Below are positions 42,802 through 53,182 of a stretch of 64,000 nucleotides of DNA, piece by piece. This DNA is from Candidatus Thalassarchaeum sp. (GTDB lineage: Archaea; Thermoplasmatota; Poseidoniia; Poseidoniales; Thalassarchaeaceae). The position numbers and the translations under genes were made by a program. Location: assembly GCA_016777225.1 (NCBI GenBank), contig JADHRW010000001.1, positions 170,981-234,980 on the forward strand, in the 5' to 3' direction. Numbering within the stretch: position 1 is the first letter of the stretch; every line of letters starts with the position of its first letter. The notes beneath the pieces are model-generated. The model had not been told where the DNA came from. It saw only the letters and a list, made by a program, of their open reading frames with translations, and made no database searches.

Positions 42802-43650
42802 TTATTTCTGACATTTAGGACAGTAAAAGGTTGAACGCCCTGATTGAACTATTCTTAGAATAATACCCTTACAAGATTCTGTAATACACTCTTCACCTTC
42901 ACGATTGAAGACCCTAAACTGTTGAGCAAAGTATCCTAAATCAGAATCTCCAGAAACTCCTCTAAAATCTGAAATTGTAGAACCCCCTACCATAATTGCT
43001 TCAGCAATAACTTGATTTGTATTTTCAAAGATTCTCTGAACTTTGACCCCTACTCTCTTACTCTTACCAGTAATTTCTGCTGCAGTCTTAATTGGAGAAA
43101 TTTTACAACGAAAAAGTATCTCACTGACGTATATATTACCAAGCCCCGAAACTACTCTTTGATCTAATAATGCACTCTTTATCGGGGAACGTTTACCTTG
43201 AAGATTTGAATTTAAAGTTTCGATAGTAAATTCTTCAGTAAGGGGTTCAGGACCAAGGCTGGCTAACCATTTCTGTTCAGATTCTTCAGAAGTAAGAAAT
43301 GTATCCATGAATCCAAATCTTCGATGGTCAGTGTATGCAGCAGTTTTAGCGCCATCATCAAATTCAAAATATACATGATCGTGTTTTCCTGAACCATCCG
43401 AACCCATGGTCCACACTCCTGTCATTCCAAGATGACTCATCCAAGTATACCCATTAGATAAGCGAAATAATAGATACTTAGAACGTCTATCAATTTTTTC
43501 AATTTTAACTCCAGTAAGTATTTTCTCGAAATCTGTAGGGAATGGAAAACGAAGATTTGGACGGCGTAAATCGACAAAACTAATTGTAGTTCCAACCAAA
43601 TGTGGAACAAGTCCTCGACGGACTGTTTCGACCTCTGGCATTTCAGGCAT
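42802..43650 (-). CDS. mutM: Formamidopyrimidine-DNA glycosylase
   Basis: N-terminal MPEMPEVE (fixes start at ATG 43650), RRSKYL, HLGMTG, LLDQ..V.GLGNIY, C-terminal Zn finger GRSTFYCPKCQ. Confidence 0.95.
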   Translation of the reverse strand: MPEMPEVETVRRGLVPHLVGTTISFVDLRRPNLRFPFPTDFEKILTGVKIEKIDRRSKYLLFRLSNGYTWMSHLGMTGVWTMGSDGSGKHDHVYFEFDDGAKTAAYTDHRRFGFMDTFLTSEESEQKWLASLGPEPLTEEFTIETLNSNLQGKRSPIKSALLDQRVVSGLGNIYVSEILFRCKISPIKTAAEITGKSKRVGVKVQRIFENTNQVIAEAIMVGGSTISDFRGVSGDSDLGYFAQQFRVFNREGEECITESCKGIILRIVQSGRSTFYCPKCQK

Positions 43651-43746
43651 AAGTCTACCATGGCTAGTAATTACATTATATTGACTGAGAAGATTTGTCC
43701 AATACAATATAGAATATTTAAAAAAGGAATGATGAAACGATTAGTT

Positions 43747-44136
43747 ATGACTAATGAAGATGAGATACCTTGGGCGAATGCAACTGAGGAAAAATCTGTC
43801 ATTCAAGGTCAAACTACTCCATTTATGGTTAATGCTAATTCACCCATGGGGCAGTATACTCAAACAAACGCTACTCTAGCAGTTGTTCTTTCGGCAATAG
43901 GAGCAGTCTTAATGATTGTTTCAGGACCAGGGATTTGTTGTGCTATTCCTGCAATTATTTTGGCAAATGGGGCGTTGGCAATCACTAATAGTCAACCAGG
44001 ACATCCTGATGCGAGTACTGCCAAAGCTGCACAAATAATAGGTTGGATTGTAATTGGTTTAACAATTGCAATTATACTATTTTTAGTATTAGTTATCGGC
44101 GGACTTGGTGGTTTAGGACTAGTTCTTGGCAATTAA
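43747..44136 (+). CDS. DUF4190-like small membrane protein
   Basis: TNATLAVVLS...AKAAQIIGWI two-TM pattern; TTTAA at -30..-26 of ATG 43747. Confidence 0.6.
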   Translation: MTNEDEIPWANATEEKSVIQGQTTPFMVNANSPMGQYTQTNATLAVVLSAIGAVLMIVSGPGICCAIPAIILANGALAITNSQPGHPDASTAKAAQIIGWIVIGLTIAIILFLVLVIGGLGGLGLVLGN

Positions 44137-44846
44137 TTACTGTCTTTTTGAATAACAAACACTCTGTGTTGACCTTCGAAATGAGATATATCAATATTTT
44201 CTAGTAGAGTTAACTTTTGATTAGAATTTAATAGATCTTTAGCAATCATAAATCTAGAATCATCGCCACCTTCTATCCATCTTTCGCTAGCAGCCTTAAG
44301 CGACAATATACCAATTCCTCCTACTTTAAGAAATATCTCAGAAATTTTAATGAAAGATTTTGTCTGATCAGCCACACTAATATCTTGATGAATCCAATCT
44401 GCCTTACCTCTTAGATAGGGAATGATATCTGAAGGATTTCTAGCATCGCCTAAAACTGGAATCAGGCCGGGCCTTGATTCAGATAATTTACTCAAATCCC
44501 TCATCATTCTTGGAGCAATTTCCACTGCTACAATTTGACCATTATGATGATTTCCTGAGCCACAAACATGATCATGAATATGACTAACTGTTGACCCTGA
44601 AGATGCTCCGAGATATAGACAAGTAGAACCCACCTCGGGAATCATTATACTTGTTTTTGATTTACTTTTCAGTAAACTTGCAGCAACTTTAGATTTAGTA
44701 GGATCCCATTGACGCCATTCGATTCGACTATCTTTTTTTCTTTTTTCGCCCCTAACCGATACTCCTTTCACTGCATTTCTAGTCCACAATGAGCGGCCTT
44801 CTCTACGAATACCCCATGCTAATTTCAGAGGTTTTCTACGGGCCAT
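44133..44846 (-). CDS. flpA: Fibrillarin-like rRNA/tRNA 2'-O-methyltransferase
   Basis: WRQWDPTKSK, LYLGASSGSTVSH, AVE, PVLGDAR, QDIS..DQ. Confidence 0.9.
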   Translation of the reverse strand: MARRKPLKLAWGIRREGRSLWTRNAVKGVSVRGEKRKKDSRIEWRQWDPTKSKVAASLLKSKSKTSIMIPEVGSTCLYLGASSGSTVSHIHDHVCGSGNHHNGQIVAVEIAPRMMRDLSKLSESRPGLIPVLGDARNPSDIIPYLRGKADWIHQDISVADQTKSFIKISEIFLKVGGIGILSLKAASERWIEGGDDSRFMIAKDLLNSNQKLTLLENIDISHFEGQHRVFVIQKDSN

Positions 44847-44850
44847 AAAT

Positions 44851-45852
44851 TCACTTCCTCTTAGGAGGTTTTGGGAATCTATCTTTTATTGATTCTGCTT
44901 CTTTATGAATTTCCGACACATATGCTTTACTCCATGGTTCACCATTAAAGTGATCTACCCTTACTGCAATACTTGCTTTACCAGCTAAATATCTCGCAAC
45001 TTTACCACGTACCCAACGAGGGCTTCGACTCACTGCAGGCATAGAAAATAATATTGCTCCGTGCTTAGGAGGTGGAGCCCCTCTACGGTGTGCAGACATT
45101 GCAGCATTAGCACCTAAAACCTGTAAACTTCCAGATGGCATACGGGCGAGTCTTTCTCTACCTCCTGCTAAAACTACTAATTTCGCAGCACCTATTGGAC
45201 CGATTAATGTAGATAAACTAGGCAAGTAATCGTTAGCTAAGACTCTAATTGCGTCTTCATGTTTTGAAAGTCTCTCAGTAAGATCAACTACTGATTGTGC
45301 TTGAGATTTCAGGACACTCCATTCATCTACAGATGGTTGATGATGTGTTTCAGGTACTTCGAATCGGGCAGCAACCTCATTAATTGAGGAAGATGATGAA
45401 ACTATTCGAGGAATTTCTCTTCTTTGTTTGTCTAAATCAAGTTCTGATAGGAATAGACCTAACCATTCAATACATCGAGATTCAAGAGTGGTCCAAGATG
45501 CCCTAAGTTCATTATTAGCTCCAACCAGCATATCTAGACGTCTGTCGATATCTCCTGAGGAATCAGCAACACCACGCTTGGCTAAACGAGTAGAGGCTTC
45601 AGTGAATTTTTGAACTTCTTCTTCTGATAATTCAGGCCATTCAGAAAATGACAAAACCCCCAGAGAATCAGGTATGGCATCAGGGAACCTTTCTTTCAAA
45701 GATCTAGCTTCAGAAGTCATTCTACCTGATTGTAAATCAGAAAGGCGATTGACAAGTGCTTTTGTTGAAATTCTATTCCAATATAACTCATCAATTATCT
45801 CCCCCTCATCATCAATAACGCGGGCTAATTTCCAATCGTAGATGATACGCAC
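44851..45852 (-). CDS. nop5: Nop5 (Nop56/58) C/D RNP protein
   Basis: PSLSTLIGP, AGGRERLARMPSGSLQVLGA, PKHG, RGKVARYLAGK. Confidence 0.9.
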   Translation of the reverse strand: MRIIYDWKLARVIDDEGEIIDELYWNRISTKALVNRLSDLQSGRMTSEARSLKERFPDAIPDSLGVLSFSEWPELSEEEVQKFTEASTRLAKRGVADSSGDIDRRLDMLVGANNELRASWTTLESRCIEWLGLFLSELDLDKQRREIPRIVSSSSSINEVAARFEVPETHHQPSVDEWSVLKSQAQSVVDLTERLSKHEDAIRVLANDYLPSLSTLIGPIGAAKLVVLAGGRERLARMPSGSLQVLGANAAMSAHRRGAPPPKHGAILFSMPAVSRSPRWVRGKVARYLAGKASIAVRVDHFNGEPWSKAYVSEIHKEAESIKDRFPKPPKRK

Positions 45853-45932
45853 GGGCTACTCGGTGTCGACTTCATGCTTGAATCTCACGATTCTAAGCGA
45901 AGGCGTCAAAACTAGTATCCCTTAGCCAACTT

Positions 45933-46307
45933 ATGGAAAGTAGACTCATGCTACTAGTTGGAATCGGAGGAGCAATAGGAGCTATGCTAAGGTATGCAGT
46001 ATCAGATATTATGCCATCAGATGGATTACCGTACGGTACTATGACAGTTAATTTACTTGGTTCGCTTATTCTTGGAATGATTTTTGGTGCTATAGCGGCG
46101 GATGCATTGATTAGTCAAGATAACCTCTTATTATTTGGTACAGGTTTACTAGGAGCATTTACTACAATGTCGGCTTTTGCAATGGAAACAATCAAATTAT
46201 CAGAAAATGAGATGTCTACTGCATTGGTTTATGTTAGTTTTACTATCATAGGTAGCATTGGTTTAGCTTGGTCTGGTTACAAAGTTGGTATAGGATTATT
46301 TTCTTAA
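45933..46307 (+). CDS. crcB: Fluoride channel Fluc/CrcB
   Basis: GGAIGAMLRY, GTMTVNLLG, GLLGAFTTMS. Confidence 0.9.
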   Translation: MESRLMLLVGIGGAIGAMLRYAVSDIMPSDGLPYGTMTVNLLGSLILGMIFGAIAADALISQDNLLLFGTGLLGAFTTMSAFAMETIKLSENEMSTALVYVSFTIIGSIGLAWSGYKVGIGLFS

Positions 46308-46405
46308 ATTAGATGATGTTTTCTGGTCTTTGATGAGTAATGTTCAATAACACTGTGATTTACCACTATTCGGTTGGTAGATAGAAATCAACTAGCGGTG
46401 AAGTT

Positions 46406-46780
46406 ATGTTTTGTCCTGAATGCGGTACTCTAGGTTTTATGGAAGGAAATGGAAATATTAGGTGTACAAATTATACATGTGGATATGAAGGTCCTCTAGC
46501 GGGTAAAGATGGAAAAGGTGCAGAGTTTACTGATCCTATGACTGGAGAGACAATCAATCTTGCAGAGGCGAGAACCTCTGTCGAAGTTAAGGAAAGAGAC
46601 GATAGAACTCGCGGAGAAGATAAGGCTAGAGGTATTTTGTATGAAGATAGTTATATTTGCCCTAAATGTGATTGCAAGAAGATACATGTTTGGATGCAAC
46701 AAACTAGGTCTTCAGATGAACCTGAAACAAAAATGTGTACATGTTCAGAATGCGGTCATAAGTTCAGAGAATACCAATAA
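46406..46780 (+). CDS. tfs: Transcription factor S (TFS/RpoM family)
   Basis: MFCPECG N-terminal ribbon; CPKC...QTRSSDEPET...CSECG C-terminal ribbon with catalytic DE. Confidence 0.88.
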   Translation: MFCPECGTLGFMEGNGNIRCTNYTCGYEGPLAGKDGKGAEFTDPMTGETINLAEARTSVEVKERDDRTRGEDKARGILYEDSYICPKCDCKKIHVWMQQTRSSDEPETKMCTCSECGHKFREYQ

Positions 46781-46882
46781 AATGACCTTGAAATATTGAT
46801 TAATAATTATTTAATGACAAAATGGTCAAACAGAAGCATGAATAACCCACAGTCAAGGGTACGTTAAGAAAGGGGTGGCATA

Positions 46883-47632
46883 ATGTTGAGAGTCACAGCA
46901 AATACGCAATTAATGAAAGAAATAGTAGACTTACTTTCTGTGTTAACAGAAGATGCAAAATTAGTATGGAAAGAAAACGGACTTCACATCAATGTAGTAG
47001 ATGGTTCGCATGTAGCTCTACTATCTGCAAAAATAGGAGATGCTTGCTTCGAAACGTATGAAGTAGAACCAGTAGAAATTGGTATAGAATTACAAAAATT
47101 AAGAGATCTGTTAACTCTTGCAGGCCCTTCTGATTTAGTAGAATTAGATTATGATGAAGCAATAGGTGCAATAAATGTAAGAGTCGGAGCTGTACATAGA
47201 ATTCTAAGAGGATTAGATACAGGGTCTATGAATGAACCAAAAATGCCTCAATTGACTTTTGATAGTAAAGCAACTATTGATGCTGCTAAATTATCTAATG
47301 CGTTAAGAGCTGCTAAATTTGTAGGAGAATTAGTAGACCTAAGTTTAGATACAAATCAGATGAGTGTGTCAGTAACCGCTGAGGCAGGAGAATCTGTAAA
47401 TGTTAGATTCGACGCAGGAGAACTTAGCGAATTAGTTGCTCCTAATCCAACTCATTCAACCTATTCTTTGCAATTTCTTGATCCTTTGACAAGAAAACTT
47501 GCGAGCGGATTAACTGATGCAATTACTTTAGAATTTCAAGACAAATATCCTCTGCGTCTAACTTGGAACAGCAATAATGGAGAAGCTACTTGGGTATACT
47601 TCTTAGCTCCAAGAGTTACAAATGATCCTTGA
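46883..47632 (+). CDS. pcn: DNA polymerase sliding clamp PCNA
   Basis: VDGSHVAL, FETYEV, STYSLQFL, YPL, FLAPR. Confidence 0.92.
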   Translation: MLRVTANTQLMKEIVDLLSVLTEDAKLVWKENGLHINVVDGSHVALLSAKIGDACFETYEVEPVEIGIELQKLRDLLTLAGPSDLVELDYDEAIGAINVRVGAVHRILRGLDTGSMNEPKMPQLTFDSKATIDAAKLSNALRAAKFVGELVDLSLDTNQMSVSVTAEAGESVNVRFDAGELSELVAPNPTHSTYSLQFLDPLTRKLASGLTDAITLEFQDKYPLRLTWNSNNGEATWVYFLAPRVTNDP

Positions 47633-47676
47633 TTATTCATCGATGTTATTGAAAGCGTTGACGCTTACGCGTAGTC

Positions 47677-48765
47677 GTGAGTAATCCCTCTGTAACAGTA
47701 ATCATTCCTAGCGTTAGGAATCATGAGGAACTAGATATTGTAATCAAAGGATTGAGTAATCAAACCTATAATGGACCTTGTAAAATAGTCGTAGTTGGAC
47801 CTACAAATGACCCAGGGAAGGAAGTTTGTAAAGAAAATAATATCTCATTTATTGATGATGAAGGTTCTAGGACAAGAGCAGATGCATGCAATATTGCAAT
47901 TAATGCAACTGAATCAGAACTTATACTATTTACAGATGACGATGTAATTGTACCTAAAGATTGGATTGAGAAATTAGTATCATGGTTTTCTAGAGAAGAT
48001 GTTAGCGGAGTAGGTGGACCTAACTTCGCACCTATTGAAGAGTCTACAATGTGGCAACAAGTAATTGATGTAGCATTCTGTAGTACAATATTTACAGCTG
48101 GAACAAATTATGGTAAGGTTGGAAAAAAAGATCTTGATGAGGTTACTCAATTACCAGGAGTGAATTGTGCTTATAGACGGGCAGTTCTTGAAGAAATTGG
48201 AGGATTTGATGAGGGTGCAATAGGAGCAGAAGATGTTATGCTTGATCATAGAATTAGGATGACTGGAAAAAAATTATGGACTGATAGAACAGCAATTATG
48301 TGGCACAGAAGAAGAGACCTATCAAGAGTGAAAAAACAAATTAGGAATTATGGTCTTGTGAGGACCTTAGCAAGTCATCAATATCCAGAATTGAGGGCTC
48401 CCCCACATACAGTAGTAGCATTATTCCCTCCAATAGTTATAGCTGCATTCTCATTCTTTTTTTGGGGTTTAGCAAATGGAGGATTAGCATGGCCAGAATT
48501 CTGGGACATTAGTTTGTCAACAATACCAATGGGCCTTCCAAGACTTGGAGTACACACATTACCAACACTTATTTTACTATACAATATGATTGCATGGTAT
48601 GGTTCATGGAAAGGGAATTCACCAAGTAAAACAAAGAAAACAATCTTCCTATCGTCAATAGCGACTTATACATTACATTGGAACTATGGCATGGGAGTTT
48701 TAACTGGTTGGATGAGAATTCTAAGAGGTAATTCAGGATTACAAATAGATGATAGAGAGCGTTAA
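47677..48765 (+). CDS. Glycosyltransferase family 2 with C-terminal TMs
   Basis: VTVIIP, FTDDD, GGFDE, EDV, C-terminal hydrophobic segments. Confidence 0.88.
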   Translation: MSNPSVTVIIPSVRNHEELDIVIKGLSNQTYNGPCKIVVVGPTNDPGKEVCKENNISFIDDEGSRTRADACNIAINATESELILFTDDDVIVPKDWIEKLVSWFSREDVSGVGGPNFAPIEESTMWQQVIDVAFCSTIFTAGTNYGKVGKKDLDEVTQLPGVNCAYRRAVLEEIGGFDEGAIGAEDVMLDHRIRMTGKKLWTDRTAIMWHRRRDLSRVKKQIRNYGLVRTLASHQYPELRAPPHTVVALFPPIVIAAFSFFFWGLANGGLAWPEFWDISLSTIPMGLPRLGVHTLPTLILLYNMIAWYGSWKGNSPSKTKKTIFLSSIATYTLHWNYGMGVLTGWMRILRGNSGLQIDDRER

Positions 48766-49472
48766 ACAGGTTTCATCTTTCCACAATTATTTCCAACACG
48801 CCAAGATGTTGTTTTTGGTCGCCAAAAAATAACTGTGAATACTCCGATAAAAATCCCACCGAAAACAAGATTCAGCCATCCTTCTAATATATACCCGTCA
48901 CTAGCATTGAAATAAGCCCATAAAAATGAGGGGATTATTCCAAAAATTAGTGCTATAGAAGATTCTTCGAAGAGTAACCTAGACTTATCCGAAGAATCTG
49001 GTAATCGAGGAGAATCTGTACTAAAAATATGATTTTCAGGCCTCTTAACCAATCGAACATATTCCGAACTCTGACCCTTTTTTGTTTGACAAGGAGACGG
49101 GATGCCTGAATCCCAAGTCCGAGATGATTTCATCAACCAACCGTCTTCTAAAAATGGACGACCATCACAGAATTTTGACCAATAAGAACCTCTGATTCTA
49201 TCGCTTAATTCTTCTATCTCATCATTACCTGAAATTAGATTATTTTGAAAAGAAAGTTCCCATTCGGATTCTGAAGCAATATTATAATCATTAGAAGACA
49301 AAAATTTAGATGCATCTTCTCTAATAATGGGTAAGAAAGATATTGCAAATTCATAATCAATCTTCACTTCATGTCTTGGACCAATTCCTCCGAAAAGAAT
49401 TGAACGATTATCGGATCCAATGAATACTTTACCTGGATTTACATTAATCCATTGGATATCCAAAATCATCAC
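48762..49472 (-). CDS. Degenerate FGE-sulfatase-like domain plus two TMs
   Basis: WINVNPGKVFIGS...PRHEV and SESEWE resemble FGE-domain motifs. Confidence 0.5.
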   Translation of the reverse strand: MMILDIQWINVNPGKVFIGSDNRSILFGGIGPRHEVKIDYEFAISFLPIIREDASKFLSSNDYNIASESEWELSFQNNLISGNDEIEELSDRIRGSYWSKFCDGRPFLEDGWLMKSSRTWDSGIPSPCQTKKGQSSEYVRLVKRPENHIFSTDSPRLPDSSDKSRLLFEESSIALIFGIIPSFLWAYFNASDGYILEGWLNLVFGGIFIGVFTVIFWRPKTTSWRVGNNCGKMKPV

Positions 49473-49474
49473 TC

Positions 49475-51361
49475 CTAAGAATCAATTTCTCCTGTTTGGA
49501 TTGACCATTGAGACGCATATACGTTGTTATTTTCCACTAACTTATCGTGAGTTCCACGTTCTACTATAACACCATCAACTAATGCGATAATTTCATCTGA
49601 ATTTCTAATCGTCGCTAATCTATGAGCAACTGCAATAGTAATTCTTTTCTTATCTCCGTTAGAACCACCAAAGAGTGACTGTTGAATTCTCTTTTCAGTT
49701 TCAGCATCTAGAGCAGCACTAGCTTCATCGAGAATAAGAAGATCTGGATTATTGAGAAGAGCACGGGCCAAACTAATCCTTGCTCTTTGACCACCTGAAA
49801 GCATTACGCCACGGTCACCTACCATGGTATCAATTCCATTTGAAAGTTTAGAAGTAAATTCCCATGCACCTGCTGTCTCTAAGGCAGTTTTAATTTCCTC
49901 ATCCGTAGCATCACGAGCATACGCTATATTCTCACGAAGAGTACCGAAAAAGAGGAATGGCTCTTGAGATACAAAACCAATTCGTTTCCTAACTGAACTA
50001 ATTGAATACTCGTTTATATCAATATCATTAACCAAGATTTGACCACTCTGAGGTTCATAAAATCTTTCTAATAACTTCAAAATAGTACTTTTACCTGCAC
50101 CTGTATGCCCCATGACTCCAAGGAAATCTCCTGAAGATGCTTTGAAAGAGATACAATTCAGAACGTTTCCTTCAGATGAAGGATAAGAGAAAGATACGTT
50201 ATCGAAAGAGATAGAAGTTATAGGGCCATCAAGTTCAATAGCTCCTTCTTTATCAAAGATTGAGGGTTCTAAATCAATTAGGGCAAATACTCTCTTTGAA
50301 GATGCCTCTCCTTTTTGCAGTTGGTTGAGTAGTAATCCTAAGATGAACATAGGCATTGTCATTCTAGTAGAGATTAAGAGAAATGTCACAAACTGTCCGA
50401 CTGTAATTTCTTCTGAAGCCATTACCCAACCACCGGCTGAAACAAGAAGCCCGAAAGATAGTCCAGCAACTACATATATCCCAGGAATAAATCGATTTCT
50501 CACAAATGCTGCTGATATCGATTGATCACGATACTCACCACTTTGGCGTCCTATTCTGGAACTCTCAAAATTAGTAGCATTGTATGCCTGAACTACTGTT
50601 ATTCCTGATAAAACATTCTCCAAAATAGCTACAATTCCTCCAGTACTTTCCCTAGTTTTTCTATATTTGCGTTGAACACGAGTAGAGAACCACACTACCA
50701 TAGGTACGATTAGAGCCAAAGGAGCAAAAAGAATCACGGCTAATGTAGGCGACATCCAGAACATTATAGCAAATGCAGTGGCAAAGGTCATGACTAATCG
50801 AATCATACTAGTACTAGCATCAGAAATTATATCTTCTAACTGCGCTACATCCGCAGAAAGAACTGACATCAGATTTCCAGTTTGCCTAGTTTCAAAATAT
50901 GATGCTTCCATAGCCATTAATGAATCAGTAGCATCCATTCTGATATCATGTTGAGCCATGTAGGCGGTCGACTGCCATAATTGATTACTAAGCCCCTGAA
51001 AGATTGCAAGAAATGTGAAACATATTAATATCAAAAAGCCAAAACCGAATTCTACTGAATTCATAGGACCTAGAGAGGGAAGAATGTCAGAAGTTACAAA
51101 ACTTTCAATGGTACTGTCAGTAAAGGTCCCATCTCTATAATAATCTGCTGCCATACCAATAGCAATGAATGGTATCAGATCAAATGCTCTGGCTATTCCA
51201 TTAGTTACAATACCACCCAATGCCCTCTTCCAATATGTTTTCAGATAGGGCACAATCCTCCAAATCTTACGGCCAACAATTTGTTTATCATCAAGAAGAT
51301 CTGATTCATCTTTACTGAGTCCAAATCCATTGGACACCGGGGTACCTTGCTCGTCAGACAT
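49475..51361 (-). CDS. ABC exporter, fused permease/ATPase
   Basis: GHTGAGKST, LSGGQRAR, ILDEA, AHRL; N-terminal TM domain; ATG 51361. Confidence 0.93.
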   Translation of the reverse strand: MSDEQGTPVSNGFGLSKDESDLLDDKQIVGRKIWRIVPYLKTYWKRALGGIVTNGIARAFDLIPFIAIGMAADYYRDGTFTDSTIESFVTSDILPSLGPMNSVEFGFGFLILICFTFLAIFQGLSNQLWQSTAYMAQHDIRMDATDSLMAMEASYFETRQTGNLMSVLSADVAQLEDIISDASTSMIRLVMTFATAFAIMFWMSPTLAVILFAPLALIVPMVVWFSTRVQRKYRKTRESTGGIVAILENVLSGITVVQAYNATNFESSRIGRQSGEYRDQSISAAFVRNRFIPGIYVVAGLSFGLLVSAGGWVMASEEITVGQFVTFLLISTRMTMPMFILGLLLNQLQKGEASSKRVFALIDLEPSIFDKEGAIELDGPITSISFDNVSFSYPSSEGNVLNCISFKASSGDFLGVMGHTGAGKSTILKLLERFYEPQSGQILVNDIDINEYSISSVRKRIGFVSQEPFLFFGTLRENIAYARDATDEEIKTALETAGAWEFTSKLSNGIDTMVGDRGVMLSGGQRARISLARALLNNPDLLILDEASAALDAETEKRIQQSLFGGSNGDKKRITIAVAHRLATIRNSDEIIALVDGVIVERGTHDKLVENNNVYASQWSIQTGEIDS

Positions 51362-51419
51362 AGTACAACGCAGGGGCAAAGGTGTTTCAATATGATAGAT
51401 GAAAAGTTTGTGATTTCTT

Positions 51420-51494
51420 TGGTGCGCCCGCCGGGATTTGAACCCGGGACATGAGGTTGGAAACCTCAGGTGATAACCCCTTCACTACAGGCGC
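51420..51494 (-). tRNA. tRNA-Gly(TCC), CCA encoded
   Basis: GCGCCTG acceptor stem, TGAGG-TTTCCAA-CCTCA anticodon arm, GGTTCAAATCC T-arm, ACCA end. Confidence 0.96.
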
Positions 51495-51572
51495 GATGAC
51501 CGTCCGAGCATAGGGCCTTTCTAAACTAATTCGGTTACATCTGTTCAAATGTCAGTAGCATATCGGAGTATT

Positions 51573-51779
51573 ATGCTCGTACGTCAGAGAATCGGAATTC
51601 TATTTATGATAATCTTCTTACCGATAAATGGACCGATACTCAGATTGGGAATTAAAGAATTAATTAATCAACCGTTACCAATAGGGGAGTTTGATTTCTT
51701 TGCCCTATGTGTTCTAATGTTCTTAGGAGGTGGAGTGATGACTTTCACCCCAAAACTAAAATTCCCAACTCAAGAATAG
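51573..51779 (+). CDS. Small two-TM membrane protein
   Basis: Two hydrophobic segments; TTCAA at -29..-25 of ATG 51573. Confidence 0.55.
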   Translation: MLVRQRIGILFMIIFLPINGPILRLGIKELINQPLPIGEFDFFALCVLMFLGGGVMTFTPKLKFPTQE

Positions 51780-52657
51780 AGAATATTAGGCCAATTAGAA
51801 TGAATATTGTTTATTATTTTACAAATATCGTCTTCAGAATAGCCTTTTTCAATCAATTCTTTAGATAATTGATGAGTTCTTTTAGCTACAGTTTTCGGCC
51901 CTAGTACAGCCCCAGGTCTCTTTGGATCATCTAAGAAATCTGTTTCCATACCCCAATATGAATTAGATTTACTGAGTGTTTCAACTATTTTTTGAATACT
52001 ACCTTTACCTACACTAACTGTCGCGCTTAAACCATGAGTGAATTCTTCACTAATATCTGCAGGAGCATAATGACGAATTGCAAGATATCTAGGTAGAGAG
52101 GCTTCATCACAAAGTTTTGCTAAGTCAGAATATGTTTTTTCACCATTATCTTCAACATGTAGCTGTATACTTACTTCTGCTTCAGCTGCCAATTTCATTA
52201 TTTCCAGTAGTAAGGAATTAGATGCCTCCCATATTTTTTCATTTACTGGATAATGAGGTCTTCCGACCTCACCCAAGCATACAGCATCGCCTTTAGAAAT
52301 ATATTCTAATGCTAATTTAATTGCTTCAAGATGAAGAGTTGTTGATTTTTCTAAACCAATTGTGTGAATTTGATGTTCCCAAGCCACAGGATGTGGGCCA
52401 AGGATTACAGATACAGATATTGTAAATTGATTACGAATCTCCTTTGCCATCTGTAAAGTTTCTTCATATGCATCTCTGTATTCAGATAGTGATTCAGGAA
52501 GACGGGAAAAATTAGGTTTATGTACTAAATTAATTCCAGTACCGCCAGAATTAGCAAATTCCCTAATTGCTTCAAGAAAATGATTATTACGATCTAAGTG
52601 AATATGTTGGTCTAATATTGGTCCTATCCAACGACCATTTTCAAACATATTTCTCAC
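51770..52657 (-). CDS. TatD-family metallohydrolase (archaeal type)
   Basis: DQHIHLD, GPHP, GEVGRPHY, LHVE, METDFLDDPKRPGAVLGP. Confidence 0.88.
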   Translation of the reverse strand: MRNMFENGRWIGPILDQHIHLDRNNHFLEAIREFANSGGTGINLVHKPNFSRLPESLSEYRDAYEETLQMAKEIRNQFTISVSVILGPHPVAWEHQIHTIGLEKSTTLHLEAIKLALEYISKGDAVCLGEVGRPHYPVNEKIWEASNSLLLEIMKLAAEAEVSIQLHVEDNGEKTYSDLAKLCDEASLPRYLAIRHYAPADISEEFTHGLSATVSVGKGSIQKIVETLSKSNSYWGMETDFLDDPKRPGAVLGPKTVAKRTHQLSKELIEKGYSEDDICKIINNIHSNWPNILYS

Positions 52658-53181
52658 GCTAATGCGCCTTCATCATCTAATTGTGAAGACCAGTGTCTAA
52701 TTGCCATTTCTGCGATTCTTTTCGATGTTTGTTTGAGAATTATTCCATGACCGTTGTTGAATAATAAAATTGTACATTTATGCCTTTCAGCATCTATTCT
52801 TAATGCGCCAATTCTAGCATCATAATTAATCTCAGAGAATCTATCAGCCGCTAAATCCATCAATACAGCTCTACCTATTGAAAAACGGATAATCATATCA
52901 CCAGAATCTACAATTAACCACTCATCAGACATTCCTAAAGTCAGTAGTAATTCTTGAACAGCCAGTCGAGCAACCTCACTCCTTGATATCCCATGTACTA
53001 AAACTGAGCCTTCAGGCTCAATTACAAGTGTAGCATGAGGGTTTTCATGAACAATTACTACGTATTCGCCGGATAATACACCTTTACCTAAACTAACTGC
53101 TTCTTCATGATTAATCGGTTCAGATGAAGTGAAACGAAAAGTTTGTGTTTCAACATCTAGATTTATTTTAATTTCGTCCAT
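52654..53181 (-). CDS. Highly divergent TATA-binding-protein (TBP)-fold paralog
   Basis: 175 aa, two repeats aligning by eye with TBP: ENPHATLVIEPEGSVLVHG..A..AV..L and DMI..F.IGR.V.MD.....NYD...KCTILLFNNG......A..AI......L..EG. Confidence 0.7.
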   Translation of the reverse strand: MDEIKINLDVETQTFRFTSSEPINHEEAVSLGKGVLSGEYVVIVHENPHATLVIEPEGSVLVHGISRSEVARLAVQELLLTLGMSDEWLIVDSGDMIIRFSIGRAVLMDLAADRFSEINYDARIGALRIDAERHKCTILLFNNGHGIILKQTSKRIAEMAIRHWSSQLDDEGALA

Positions 53182-53182
53182 T

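Noticed and set aside
45853-45932. Fluoride riboswitch upstream of crcB
   Set aside because: No GGCGATGG...GCTGATG-type consensus; the space is filled by two divergent promoters
46308-46405. Possible C/D box sRNA near nop5/flpA (TGATGA present)
   Set aside because: No suitably placed CTGA box D; better explained as the tfs promoter and leader
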